This document shows, in pieces, positions 1-7,764 of a stretch of 32,000 nt of DNA; the stretch's first letter is position 1; every line of letters begins with the position of its first letter. Source of the DNA: Kineococcus radiotolerans SRS30216 = ATCC BAA-149 (lineage in GTDB: Bacteria > Actinomycetota > Actinomycetes > Actinomycetales > Kineococcaceae); assembly GCF_000017305.1 (NCBI RefSeq), contig NC_009664.2:2700001-2732000 (forward strand), given 5' to 3'. Position numbers and translations under genes: made by a program. The notes under the pieces were generated by a model. That model worked only from the letters and a program-made list of their open reading frames with translations. It ran no database searches and was not told the DNA's origin.

Positions 1-413
1 GCCGCCAGCCGGGCCCGCTCCTCGGCGCCGAGGCGCCGCGGCCGGCCGGTGGCGAAGTCGTAGGCGACGCAGACCGTCGTGGCGCGCACGTAGGTCCGCA
101 GCTCACCGACGGCGGACTCGTCGGGTTCGAGGACCTCGTAGCCGACCTCGAAGCTGGCACCACCCGTTCGGCCGATCCACAGGTCCACGGCGACCGGGGC
201 GAGGCGGTAGTCCAGCGGGGCGAGGTACTCCACGGTGTGCTTGGCCACGACCATCCCCGTCGCGAGCATCGGGGCGGAACCGTCGGGGGAGGCGATCCCG
301 AAGGCCCGCACGCGGGCCTCCTCGAGGACCCTCAGGAGCTCGACGTTGTTGACGTGCCGGTAGGCGTCCATGTCCCCCCACCGCAGGGACAGGAGCAGAC
401 GCTGACGGGCCAC
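1..413 (-). CDS. Acyl-CoA thioesterase, hotdog fold (4HBT/YbgC-like). The C-terminal end runs off the left window edge.
   Basis: The minus-strand translation from GTG at 413 reads VARQRLLLSLRWGDMDAYRHVNNVELLRVLEEARVRAF...EVGYEVLEP...RTYVRATTVCVAYDFATGRPRRL. The block (W)GD.D..GHVNN plus the later V..D sheet pattern is typical of this family. Third codon positions are strongly G/C. This frame is not listed as a separate ORF in the track because it is truncated. Confidence 0.7.
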   Translation of the reverse strand, partial: MARQRLLLSLRWGDMDAYRHVNNVELLRVLEEARVRAFGIASPDGSAPMLATGMVVAKHTVEYLAPLDYRLAPVAVDLWIGRTGGASFEVGYEVLEPDESAVGELRTYVRATTVCVAYDFATGRPRRLGAEERARLA

Positions 414-437
414 CGGGGCATCCTGCCCGGTGGCGGC

Positions 438-1178
438 TCAGCGCTGGGTCTCGGGGGTCTTGCCGGCCCCGCCGGCCTGCGCGGGCAGGGTCGCGGGGCG
501 GTGGTGGTCCTTCCCGCGGTTGCGCAGGTACTCGATGCCGACGGGGATCAGCGACAGCACGACGAGCAGCAGCAGGCCGAGTTCGAGGTTCTCCCGGATG
601 AGCCGGATGTTGCCCAGCGCGTAGCCCAGCAGCGTGATCCCGGTGGCCCACAGGACGGCGCCGATCGCGGAGAACGTCAGGAACGTCCTGCGCGGCATGG
701 CTCCCGCGCCCGCGGCGAGGGTGATGAAGGTGCGCACGACGGGGACGAAGCGGGCCAGGATGATCGCCCGGGCGCCGAAGCGGTCGAAGAACTTGCGGGT
801 CTGCGCGATGCGCTGGGGGGTCAGCAGCTTGGAGCCCGGCCGGTCGAACAGGGCCGGCCCGGCCTTGTGCCCGATCTCGTACCCGACGACGTTGCCGAGG
901 AACGCCGCGACCGACAGCAGCAGGCAGGAGACCCAGAGCGGCTCCTTCAGCACGTCGGAGTGGGTGAACAGCCCGACGGTGAACAGCAGGGAGTCGCCGG
1001 GCAGGAAGAAGAGGAACAACCCGCACTCGACGAACACGATCGCGATCGAGACCCACAGCGCGGCCGGGCCGAGGGCGTCCAGGAAGTGCTCCGGGCTGGC
1101 CCACTCGGGCAGCAGGGCGGGAGCGGCCGCCGGCATCGACGTGGTCAGCGCGGTGGTGAACTCGGCGAGCAGGGGCAC
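438..1178 (-). CDS. dedA: DedA/VTT (SNARE-associated) family integral membrane protein
   Basis: The 246-aa ORF has the characteristic LFLFFLPGDSLLF..G and ARF.PVVRTF....AG motifs and several hydrophobic helices. Confidence 0.85.
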   Translation of the reverse strand: MPLLAEFTTALTTSMPAAAPALLPEWASPEHFLDALGPAALWVSIAIVFVECGLFLFFLPGDSLLFTVGLFTHSDVLKEPLWVSCLLLSVAAFLGNVVGYEIGHKAGPALFDRPGSKLLTPQRIAQTRKFFDRFGARAIILARFVPVVRTFITLAAGAGAMPRRTFLTFSAIGAVLWATGITLLGYALGNIRLIRENLELGLLLLVVLSLIPVGIEYLRNRGKDHHRPATLPAQAGGAGKTPETQR

Positions 1179-1274
1179 GTGCTCCAGGGTAAGTCCCCCT
1201 CGGACGCCCGCGGGCGCCCCGGCCCGGAGATCAGCCCAGAGGATGACCCGTGCTCCCCGGGGTCAGCCCATCGG

Positions 1275-1304
1275 CCGACCCCGGGCCCGGGGGCCCGGGG
1301 TCGG
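1275..1304. repeat. GC-rich inverted repeat (12-bp arms CCGACCCCGGGC / GCCCGGGGTCGG, 6-nt centre) in the dedA/ankyrin divergent intergenic region
   Basis: Read directly from the sequence. The arms at 1275-1286 and 1293-1304 are perfect reverse complements. Confidence 0.6.
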
Positions 1305-1340
1305 CGCCGCCGCCGGCACCCCTCCCGCGGCGGCGCTCGT

Positions 1341-1346
1341 TAGGAT
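1341..1346 (+). promoter_or_regulatory. Candidate -10 hexamer TAGGAT, placed for a leaderless transcript of the ankyrin gene
   Basis: TAGGAT (TANNNT) ends 6 nt before the GTG start at 1353 and there is no Shine-Dalgarno in between. The same geometry recurs at three other genes in this window. Confidence 0.45.
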
Positions 1347-1352
1347 CCGGCG

Positions 1353-1751
1353 GTGACCGATGCCCTCACCGAGGGGGAGCTGCGCTTCCTCCAGCAGACC
1401 TTCGAGCTGGCCCGCGAGGGCGACACCGCCGAGCTGACCGCCCGCCTCGACGCCGGCGTGCCGGTGAACCTCACCAACTCCGGCGGGGACACCCTGCTGA
1501 TCCTCGCGGCGTACCACGCGCACGCCGGGACGGTCCGGGCCCTGCTCGAGCGCGGGGCCGACCACGGGCGGGTCAACGACAAGGGCCAGACCGCCCTGGG
1601 GGCGGCGGTGTTCCGCCGGGCCGCCGACATCGTCACCGCGCTGCTGGACGCCGGGGCCGACCCGGAGCTGGGGCGGCAGTCCGGGGTCGCCGTGGCGCAG
1701 GTGTTCGACCTGCCCGAGATGGCGGAGCTGCTGCGCACGCACCGCCCCTGA
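1353..1751 (+). CDS. Ankyrin-repeat protein (about 3 repeats)
   Basis: The 132-aa ORF carries repeat signatures: GDTLLILAAYHAHAGTVRALLERGAD, then KGQTALGAAVFRRAADIVTALLDAGADP. GC3 bias is high. Confidence 0.8.
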   Translation: MTDALTEGELRFLQQTFELAREGDTAELTARLDAGVPVNLTNSGGDTLLILAAYHAHAGTVRALLERGADHGRVNDKGQTALGAAVFRRAADIVTALLDAGADPELGRQSGVAVAQVFDLPEMAELLRTHRP

Positions 1752-1763
1752 CCGCAGCTGCGG
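1752..1763. promoter_or_regulatory. Perfect 12-bp palindrome CCGCAGCTGCGG, a candidate distal operator of the mod regulator
   Basis: Seen directly. A near-identical copy lies 31 bp downstream. This copy overlaps the end of the ankyrin gene. Confidence 0.35.
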
Positions 1764-1782
1764 CGTCCGGCCCCCCTCCCGG

Positions 1783-1794
1783 CCGCAGGTGCGG
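1783..1794. promoter_or_regulatory. Near-palindrome CCGCAGGTGCGG abutting the -10 box, a candidate proximal operator
   Basis: It matches the 1752-1763 palindrome at 11 of 12 positions. It sits in the promoter spacer immediately 5' of TAGAGT, which is the position MerR-type regulators typically occupy. Confidence 0.35.
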
Positions 1795-1795
1795 T

Positions 1796-1801
1796 TAGAG
1801 T
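1796..1801 (+). promoter_or_regulatory. Candidate -10 hexamer TAGAGT for a leaderless regulator-modABC transcript
   Basis: TAGAGT ends 6 nt before the GTG at 1808, with no SD. Confidence 0.45.
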
Positions 1802-1807
1802 CGGGGG

Positions 1808-2215
1808 GTGCCGCTGTACCGGGTCCGTGACGCCGCCGACCTGCTCGGCGTCTCCGACGACACCGTCCGCCGCTGGGTCGACGCCGGGTCGCTGCCGAGC
1901 ACCCGGGACGGCAGCGGGCGCAGCGTCGTCGAGGGGGCCGACCTCGCCCGGTTCGCCGTCGAGCACGCCGCCTCGGCCGCGACCGACACCACCGCCGTGG
2001 CCCGCTCGGCCCGCAACCGCTTCGCCGGGCTGGTGACCCGCGTCGTCGTCGACGGGGTCATGGCGCAGGTCGAGATGCAGTGCGGCCCGCACCGCGTCGT
2101 CTCCCTCATGAGCCGCGAGGCCGCCGAGGAGATGGGCCTGGCCCCCGGCAGCCGCGCCACCGCCGTCGTCAAGGCCACGACCGTCATCGTCGAGACCCCG
2201 GCGGGCACCTCGTGA
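1808..2215 (+). CDS. Molybdate-responsive regulator candidate: an N-terminal MerR/excisionase-type HTH fused to a single TOBE (Mop) domain
   Basis: The N-terminus LYRVRDAADLLGVSDDTVRRWVDAGSLP is a MerR/Xis-type HTH. The C-terminus SARNRFAGLVTRVVVDGVMAQVEMQCGPHRVVSLMSREAAEEMGLAPGSRATAVVKATTVIVE is a classic TOBE/Mop fold sequence. The gene sits 7 nt upstream of modA. Confidence 0.8.
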   Translation: MPLYRVRDAADLLGVSDDTVRRWVDAGSLPSTRDGSGRSVVEGADLARFAVEHAASAATDTTAVARSARNRFAGLVTRVVVDGVMAQVEMQCGPHRVVSLMSREAAEEMGLAPGSRATAVVKATTVIVETPAGTS

Positions 2216-2222
2216 GGCTCCC

Positions 2223-3002
2223 GTGAGGCCCCCCGCGCGGCGCGCGGCCGTCCTCCTCGCCGCCGCCGCGCTGCTGCCGGCCTGCGGTCCCGGCGGGGGC
2301 GCCGCGGCGACGCCGGACGGCGCGGCCGGGCGCACCCTCACCGTGTTCGCCGCCGCCTCCCTGCAGGGGACCTTCCCCGCGATCGGGGAGCGGTTCGAGG
2401 CCGCGAACCCCGGCGTCGACGTGCGCTTCGGCTTCGCCGGCTCCGCCGACCTCGCCACCCAGATCACCGAGGGCGCCCCGGCCGACGTGTTCGCCGCGGC
2501 CGACGAGGCGACGATGACCGCGCTCGAGGACCGGTCCCTCACCGCCGGGGACCCCGTCGGCTTCGCCACCAACGCCCTGCGGATCGCCACCCCCGCCGGC
2601 AACCCCGCCGGCGTCGCGAGCTTCGCCGACCTCGCCGCCCCGGGGGTGGACGTCGTCGTCTGCGCGCCGCAGGTCCCCTGCGGCGCCGCGACGCGGGCCC
2701 TCGAGGCCCGTTCCGGCGTCACCCTCTCCCCGGTCAGCGAGGAGTCCTCGGTGAGCGGGGTCCTGGCCAAGGTCACCTCCGGGGAGGCCGACGCCGGGCT
2801 GGTCTACGTCACCGACGTCCTCGCGGCCGGCGACCGGGTCACCGGGATCGAGGTCCCCGGGGCCGCCGACGCCGCGAACACCTACCCGGTCGCCGCCCTG
2901 CGCGAGGCCGCCGACCCCGCCCTGGCCGCGGCGTTCGTCGCCTTCGTCGCCGGGGCCGAGGCGCAGGACGTGCTGCGGGGCGCGGGGTTCGGGGCGGCGT
3001 GA
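2223..3002 (+). CDS. modA: Molybdate ABC transporter substrate-binding lipoprotein
   Basis: There is a signal peptide with a lipobox-like LLPAC. ModA-type blocks are present: [25 protein letters not shown](A)AD, and YP.A. It sits next to modB and modC. Confidence 0.9.
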   Translation: MRPPARRAAVLLAAAALLPACGPGGGAAATPDGAAGRTLTVFAAASLQGTFPAIGERFEAANPGVDVRFGFAGSADLATQITEGAPADVFAAADEATMTALEDRSLTAGDPVGFATNALRIATPAGNPAGVASFADLAAPGVDVVVCAPQVPCGAATRALEARSGVTLSPVSEESSVSGVLAKVTSGEADAGLVYVTDVLAAGDRVTGIEVPGAADAANTYPVAALREAADPALAAAFVAFVAGAEAQDVLRGAGFGAA

Positions 3003-3802
3003 CCCGTCCCGGCGGTGCGGTGGCCGGCAGCGCGCTGCCGCGCTGGGTGTTCCTCCCGGCGGCCCTGGGCCTGCTGCTGGTCCTCGCCCCCCTCGCCGGG
3101 CTCCTCTCGCGGGTCCCGTGGACGGACCTGCCCGCGCTGATCACCTCCGGCTCCGCGCGCGCCGCGCTGTCGCTCAGCCTGCGGACCGCCGCGGCGAGCA
3201 CGGCCTGCTGCCTCGTCCTCGGGGTCCCGATGGCCCTGGTCCTGGCCCGCGCCCGGTTCCCGGGGCTGCGGGTGCTGCGCTCGATCGTGCTGCTGCCGCT
3301 GGTGCTGCCGCCCGTCGTCGGCGGGCTGGCCCTGCTGTACGCCTTCGGCCGGCGCGGGCTGTTCGGCCCGCTGCTCGCCGACCTGGGGATCACCCTCGCG
3401 TTCACCACCGGGGCCGTAGTGGTCGCGCAGACCTTCGTGTCGCTGCCGTTCCTGGTGCTGAGCCTGGAGGGGGCGCTGCGCACCGCCGGCCGGCGCCACG
3501 AGCTCGTCGCCGCCACCCTCGGCGCCCGGCCCGGCCGGGTGCTGCTGCGGGTGACGCTGCCGCTGGTCGCACCGGGGCTGGTCTCGGGCGCGGTCCTCGC
3601 CTTCGCCCGGGCCCTGGGGGAGTTCGGCGCCACGCTCACCTTCGCGGGGAGCCTGCAGGGCGTCACCCGGACCCTGCCGCTGGAGGTCTACCTCCTGCGC
3701 GAGACCGACCCCGACGCCGCCGCCGCGGTGTCGCTGCTGCTCGTCGTCGTCGCGGTGGTCGTCGTCGTCGCCGTGCGGGGCCGGCCCCGGGGACCGCGGT
3801 GA
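2999..3802 (+). CDS. modB: Molybdate ABC transporter permease
   Basis: The product is multi-TM and contains the EAA-loop-like motif [20 protein letters not shown] start/stop overlap links it to modA. Confidence 0.9.
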   Translation: MTRPGGAVAGSALPRWVFLPAALGLLLVLAPLAGLLSRVPWTDLPALITSGSARAALSLSLRTAAASTACCLVLGVPMALVLARARFPGLRVLRSIVLLPLVLPPVVGGLALLYAFGRRGLFGPLLADLGITLAFTTGAVVVAQTFVSLPFLVLSLEGALRTAGRRHELVAATLGARPGRVLLRVTLPLVAPGLVSGAVLAFARALGEFGATLTFAGSLQGVTRTLPLEVYLLRETDPDAAAAVSLLLVVVAVVVVVAVRGRPRGPR

Positions 3803-4974
3803 ACCCCGCCGCGAACCCCCCGGTGGACCCCGCGGGCGGTGGGCTGGAGGTCGACGTCCGCTTCGCCGAGCGCGACCTCGCGCTGGACCTCTCCCTCGCC
3901 CCGGGGGAGGTCCTCGCCGTCCTGGGTCCCAACGGCGCCGGGAAGTCGACGCTGCTGGGGCTGCTCGCGGGGTCGCTGCGCCCCTCCGGGGGCCGGGTCG
4001 TCCTGGACGGGGAGGTCCTGGCCGACGACCGCGGGACCTTCGTCCCCCCGCACCGGCGCGGGGTCGGGCTGCTCGCCCAGGACGCCCTGCTGTTCCCGCA
4101 CCTGGACGTCGAGGCGAACGTCGCCTTCGGGCCGCGCAGCGCGGGGGTGCCCCGGGCCCGGGCCCGCGAGCGCGCCCGACGGGTGCTGGCCGAGGTCGGC
4201 GCGGACCCCTTCGCCCGCCGCCGCCCCCACGAGCTGTCCGGGGGGCAGGCCCAGCGCGTCGCCCTCGCCCGCGCCCTGGCCGCCGACCCGCGGCTGCTGC
4301 TGCTCGACGAGCCGCTCGCCGCCCTCGACGTCGCCGCGGCCCCGGAGGTCCGCCAGGTGCTGCGCCGCGTCCTGCGCGGCGGCACCGGGGACGGGCGCCG
4401 GTCGGCCGTCCTCGTCACCCACGACCCCCTGGACGCCCTCGCGCTGGCCGACGCCGTCGTCGTCCTGGAGGCGGGCCGCGTCGTGGAGCGGGGCCCCGCG
4501 CAGCAGGTCCTGGCCGCCCCCCGCAGCGCCTTCGGGGCGCGGCTGGCGGGTCTGGTCCTGCTGCCGGGCACCACCACCGCCGACGGGTTGCGCACCGCCG
4601 GCGGCACCGTCGTGCACGGCCCGGTCCGCGGCGCGGCGGGGGAGCGCGGGGTCGCGCTGTTCAGCCCCGCCGCGGTGTCCGTGCACGCCGCCGACCCCGG
4701 CGGCCGCGCGCGCAACCGGTGGCCCGCGACGGTCCTCGACGTCCTCCCGCGCGGGGAGGTCGTCCGGTTGCGGGCCCGCCCCGACGCGCTGCCCGGGCAC
4801 GACGTGCTGGCCGACGTCCCCGTCGCCGCCGCGGCCGCGCTGGACCTCGCCCCCGGCGCGCGGGTGCACCTGGTGGTCGAGGAGGCGGCGGTGGGCGTGC
4901 ACGTCGCGGGCCCACCGTCCGCGCCGGGGGAGTCCGACGATCGTCGGACGCGGCCCGTCCCGGGGTTCCCCTAG
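3799..4974 (+). CDS. modC: Molybdate ABC transporter ATP-binding protein with a C-terminal TOBE-like domain
   Basis: The start was trimmed to the GTG at 3799, which forms a GTGA overlap with the modB stop, inside the 618-aa track ORF. Motifs present are Walker [10 protein letters not shown], signature [15 protein letters not shown] and Walker B LLLLDEP. The C-terminal section ([10 protein letters not shown]...VHLVVEE) is TOBE-like. Confidence 0.85.
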   Translation: MNPAANPPVDPAGGGLEVDVRFAERDLALDLSLAPGEVLAVLGPNGAGKSTLLGLLAGSLRPSGGRVVLDGEVLADDRGTFVPPHRRGVGLLAQDALLFPHLDVEANVAFGPRSAGVPRARARERARRVLAEVGADPFARRRPHELSGGQAQRVALARALAADPRLLLLDEPLAALDVAAAPEVRQVLRRVLRGGTGDGRRSAVLVTHDPLDALALADAVVVLEAGRVVERGPAQQVLAAPRSAFGARLAGLVLLPGTTTADGLRTAGGTVVHGPVRGAAGERGVALFSPAAVSVHAADPGGRARNRWPATVLDVLPRGEVVRLRARPDALPGHDVLADVPVAAAAALDLAPGARVHLVVEEAAVGVHVAGPPSAPGESDDRRTRPVPGFP

Positions 4975-4983
4975 GTTCGGGAC

Positions 4984-5871
4984 GTGCTCGTCCTGGAGAA
5001 GATCACGCGAAGGTTCGGGGACCGTCTCGCCCTCGACGACGTCAGCCTCAGCGTCCCCGACGGGCGCATGGTCGGCTTCGTCGGGGCCAACGGCGCCGGC
5101 AAGACCACCACCATGCGGATCGCCCTCGGGGTGCTCGCCGCCGATTCCGGGACGGTGACGTTCCGCGGGCGGGTGCCCGACCTCGCCACCCGCCGCCGCT
5201 TCGGCTACATGCCCGAGGAACGCGGCCTCTACCCCAAGGGCCGGCTCCTGGAGCAGCTGGTGTTCCTCGCCCGCCTGCACGGGGTGGACCGGGGCGCGGC
5301 CGCGAAGCGCGGCCAGGACCTGCTGAGCCGTCTCGGCCTGGGCGACCGGGCCCAGGACAAGCTGGAGTCGCTCTCCCTCGGCAACCAGCAGCGCGTCCAG
5401 GTCGCGGCCTCGCTGGTGCACGACCCCGAGCTGCTCGTCCTCGACGAACCCTTCTCCGGTCTCGACCCCCTCGCCGTGGACGCCATGGCCGACCTGCTGC
5501 GCGAACGCGTCGCCGCCGGGGTGGGCGTCCTGTTCTCCAGCCACCAGCTCGACCTCGTGGACCGGCTCTGCGACGAGCTGGTGATCCTGCACGGCGGCCG
5601 GGTGGTCGCGGCGGGGGAACCCCAGGAGCTGCGGCGCCAGCGCGGCGGGTCCCGGTACCGGCTCGTCACCGACGCCGACCCCGACTGGCTGCGCGACGTG
5701 CCCGGGGTCCGCGTCGTGGAACGCCGCTCCGACGGGATCGTCCTGGAACTCCTGCAGGGCGGCGACCTGGACCAGCGCGTCCTCGCCGAAGCGCTGCGAC
5801 GGGGGCCGGTCCGCTCCTTCGCGCCGCTGCTGCCCACGTTGTCCGAACTGTTCCAGGAGGTGTCCCGGTGA
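4984..5871 (+). CDS. ABC transporter ATP-binding protein (ABC-2/DrrA-NatA type)
   Basis: Motifs present are Walker A GANGAGKTT, the block GYMPEERGLYP, signature LSLGNQQRVQ and Walker B LLVLDEPFSGLD. There is a C-terminal accessory domain. Confidence 0.85.
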   Translation: MLVLEKITRRFGDRLALDDVSLSVPDGRMVGFVGANGAGKTTTMRIALGVLAADSGTVTFRGRVPDLATRRRFGYMPEERGLYPKGRLLEQLVFLARLHGVDRGAAAKRGQDLLSRLGLGDRAQDKLESLSLGNQQRVQVAASLVHDPELLVLDEPFSGLDPLAVDAMADLLRERVAAGVGVLFSSHQLDLVDRLCDELVILHGGRVVAAGEPQELRRQRGGSRYRLVTDADPDWLRDVPGVRVVERRSDGIVLELLQGGDLDQRVLAEALRRGPVRSFAPLLPTLSELFQEVSR

Positions 5872-7040
5872 GGGGCCAGTGGTGGATCGTCGCCCAGCGG
5901 GAGATGACCGAGCGCCTGCGCGACAAGGGGTTCATCTTCTCGACCGCGCTGCTGTTCGTCATCGTCGCCGCCGCGGCCGTCCTGCCCGCGGTGTTCTCCG
6001 GGGGGACCGACGACTACGACGTGGCCGTCACCTCCTCCGCGCAGCCGCTGGTCGCCGCGCGACCCGGTGAGGACCCCGACACCCGGATCGCGCTGCGCGA
6101 GGTCGCCGACGACGCGGCCGCCGAGGCCGCCGTCCGTTCCGGCGACGTCGACGCCGCCGTGGTCACCGGGGACCGCGGCGCGGTCATCGTCGGCGACCGC
6201 ACGGTGTCCGACACCCTCGCCGGTGTCCTCCGGGACCGGATCGGCACCGCCCAGACCGTGCAGGGTTTCCAGGACCTCGGCGTGGACCGCGCCGAGACCG
6301 AACGCGTCCTGTCCCTGCCGCCGCCCGCGACGCAGCTGCTCGACCCCGACGCCGTCGACCCGCTGCTGGTGTACTTCCTCGGCCTCGCGTTCGCGGTGCT
6401 GTTCTTCCAGATCGTCGTCATCTTCGGGTACTCCATCGCCCAGAGCGTCGTGCAGGAGAAGCAGACGCGGGTCATCGAACTGCTCGTCACCACCGTGCCG
6501 GTGCGCCAGCTGCTCATCGGCAAGATCCTCGGCAACGGCATCCTCGCCTTCGGGCAGGTCCTGCTGCTCGTCGCGGCCGGGCTGGGCGCGCTGGCCCTCG
6601 CCCAGCCGGAACTGCTGGAGAGCCTGCCCGGGATCCCCAGCGCCGCGGTGTGGTTCCTCGTGTTCTTCGTCCTCGGGTTCGCGATGCTCTCGTGCCTGTG
6701 GGCGGCGGCGGGGGCCATGGCCAGCCGCCTGGAGGACCTGCAGTCCACCGCGACCCCGGTGCAGATGTTCGTCATGCTGCCGTTCTTCGCGAGCTTCCTC
6801 GCCAACGAACCCGGCGCCCTGCAGACGGCGCTGAGCTACATCCCGCTGTCCTCGCCGATGGTCATGCCCAAGCGCGTCGTCCAGGGCGACGTCGCGCTGT
6901 GGGAACCGCTGCTCTCGCTGCTGATCATCGCCGCGACGGCCGTCCTCTTCGTCGCCGTCGCCCGCCGGCTCTACGAGAACAGCCTGCTGCAGACCGGACG
7001 CTCGCTGGGGTTCCGGTCCGCCTGGAGGAAGGCCGTCTGA
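5868..7040 (+). CDS. ABC-2 family transporter permease
   Basis: The start was trimmed to the GTG at 5868, which forms a GTGA overlap with the ATPase stop. The N-terminus is VRGQWWIVAQREMTERLRDKGFIF, followed by one TM, a long extracytoplasmic loop and a C-terminal bundle of 5 or so TM helices. This layout is typical of NatB/YhaP-like permeases. Confidence 0.75.
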   Translation: MRGQWWIVAQREMTERLRDKGFIFSTALLFVIVAAAAVLPAVFSGGTDDYDVAVTSSAQPLVAARPGEDPDTRIALREVADDAAAEAAVRSGDVDAAVVTGDRGAVIVGDRTVSDTLAGVLRDRIGTAQTVQGFQDLGVDRAETERVLSLPPPATQLLDPDAVDPLLVYFLGLAFAVLFFQIVVIFGYSIAQSVVQEKQTRVIELLVTTVPVRQLLIGKILGNGILAFGQVLLLVAAGLGALALAQPELLESLPGIPSAAVWFLVFFVLGFAMLSCLWAAAGAMASRLEDLQSTATPVQMFVMLPFFASFLANEPGALQTALSYIPLSSPMVMPKRVVQGDVALWEPLLSLLIIAATAVLFVAVARRLYENSLLQTGRSLGFRSAWRKAV

Positions 7041-7058
7041 GCTTGCGAGGATGGTCCG

Positions 7059-7697
7059 GTGAGTGAACCGGACGGGTACGTGGAGCGGGTCGTCGGCGTC
7101 GGGCCCTGGGAGGGGCCCTGGCCCGACGACCCCCGCTACGACCCGGACCTGCTGCGCGAGGGCGACCGGCGCAACGTCGGCGACGAGTACCGCTACTGGT
7201 CCAACGCCGCGATCGTCGCCGACCTCGACACCCGCCGGAACCCCCTGCACGTCGCCGTCGAGAACTGGCAGCACGACGCGAACATCGGCTCGGTGGTCCG
7301 CACCGCGAACGCCGTCAACGCCGCCGGCGCCCACGTCGTGGGCCGCAAGCGGTGGAACCGCCGCGGCGCGATGGTCACCGACCGCTACCTCACCGTCCAC
7401 CACCACGGCGACGTCGCGGACCTGGTGGCCTGGGCGCGGGAACGGGGCCTGCCCATCGTCGGAATCGACAACGTCGAGGGCTCGGTCCCGCTGGAGACCT
7501 ACGACCTGCCGCGCGAGTGCGTGCTGCTCTTCGGGCAGGAGGGGCCCGGGCTGTCGGAGGAGGCCGTGGCCGCCTGCGTCGACGTCCTGGCCATCGCCCA
7601 GTTCGGGTCCACCCGCTCCCTCAACGTCGGCGCCGCGGCCGCCGTGGCGATGCACGCCTGGGTGCGCCGCCACGTCTTCGGGCAGCGCCCCTGCTGA
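7059..7697 (+). CDS. SpoU/TrmH-family RNA 2'-O-methyltransferase
   Basis: SPOUT motifs are present: NIGSVVRTANA, LLFGQEGPGLS and IAQFGSTRSLNVGAAAAVAMH. GAGGA lies 7 nt upstream of the GTG. Confidence 0.8.
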   Translation: MSEPDGYVERVVGVGPWEGPWPDDPRYDPDLLREGDRRNVGDEYRYWSNAAIVADLDTRRNPLHVAVENWQHDANIGSVVRTANAVNAAGAHVVGRKRWNRRGAMVTDRYLTVHHHGDVADLVAWARERGLPIVGIDNVEGSVPLETYDLPRECVLLFGQEGPGLSEEAVAACVDVLAIAQFGSTRSLNVGAAAAVAMHAWVRRHVFGQRPC

Positions 7698-7721
7698 GGA
7701 TCCTGGCACCTCGGGCGGGCA

Positions 7722-7742
7722 GGAGCGGTAGACCCCCGCTCC
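7722..7742 (+). terminator. Possible stem-loop terminator after the methyltransferase gene (GGAGCGG-tagaccc-CCGCTCC)
   Basis: A 7-bp perfect stem is read directly from the sequence. There is no T-tract, which is common in high-GC actinobacteria. Confidence 0.3.
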
Positions 7743-7764
7743 GGGGCCCGGGGAGCATCGGGGG

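Noticed and set aside
3118-4974. The 618-aa ORF (and likewise the 773-aa ORF at 4719-7040) taken as full-length proteins.
   Set aside because: The N-terminal portions overlap modB, or modC and the ABC ATPase, in other frames and are low-complexity. Real homology begins at the GTG codons that form GTGA overlaps with the upstream stops (3799 and 5868), so the calls were trimmed.
4984-7697. The ABC-2 exporter pair followed by a SpoU-type methyltransferase, read as an antibiotic self-resistance cassette (as in thiopeptide producers).
   Set aside because: No biosynthetic genes are nearby. The methyltransferase has its own SD and looks like the housekeeping TrmH-like family widespread in actinobacteria. 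Adjacency alone is insufficient.
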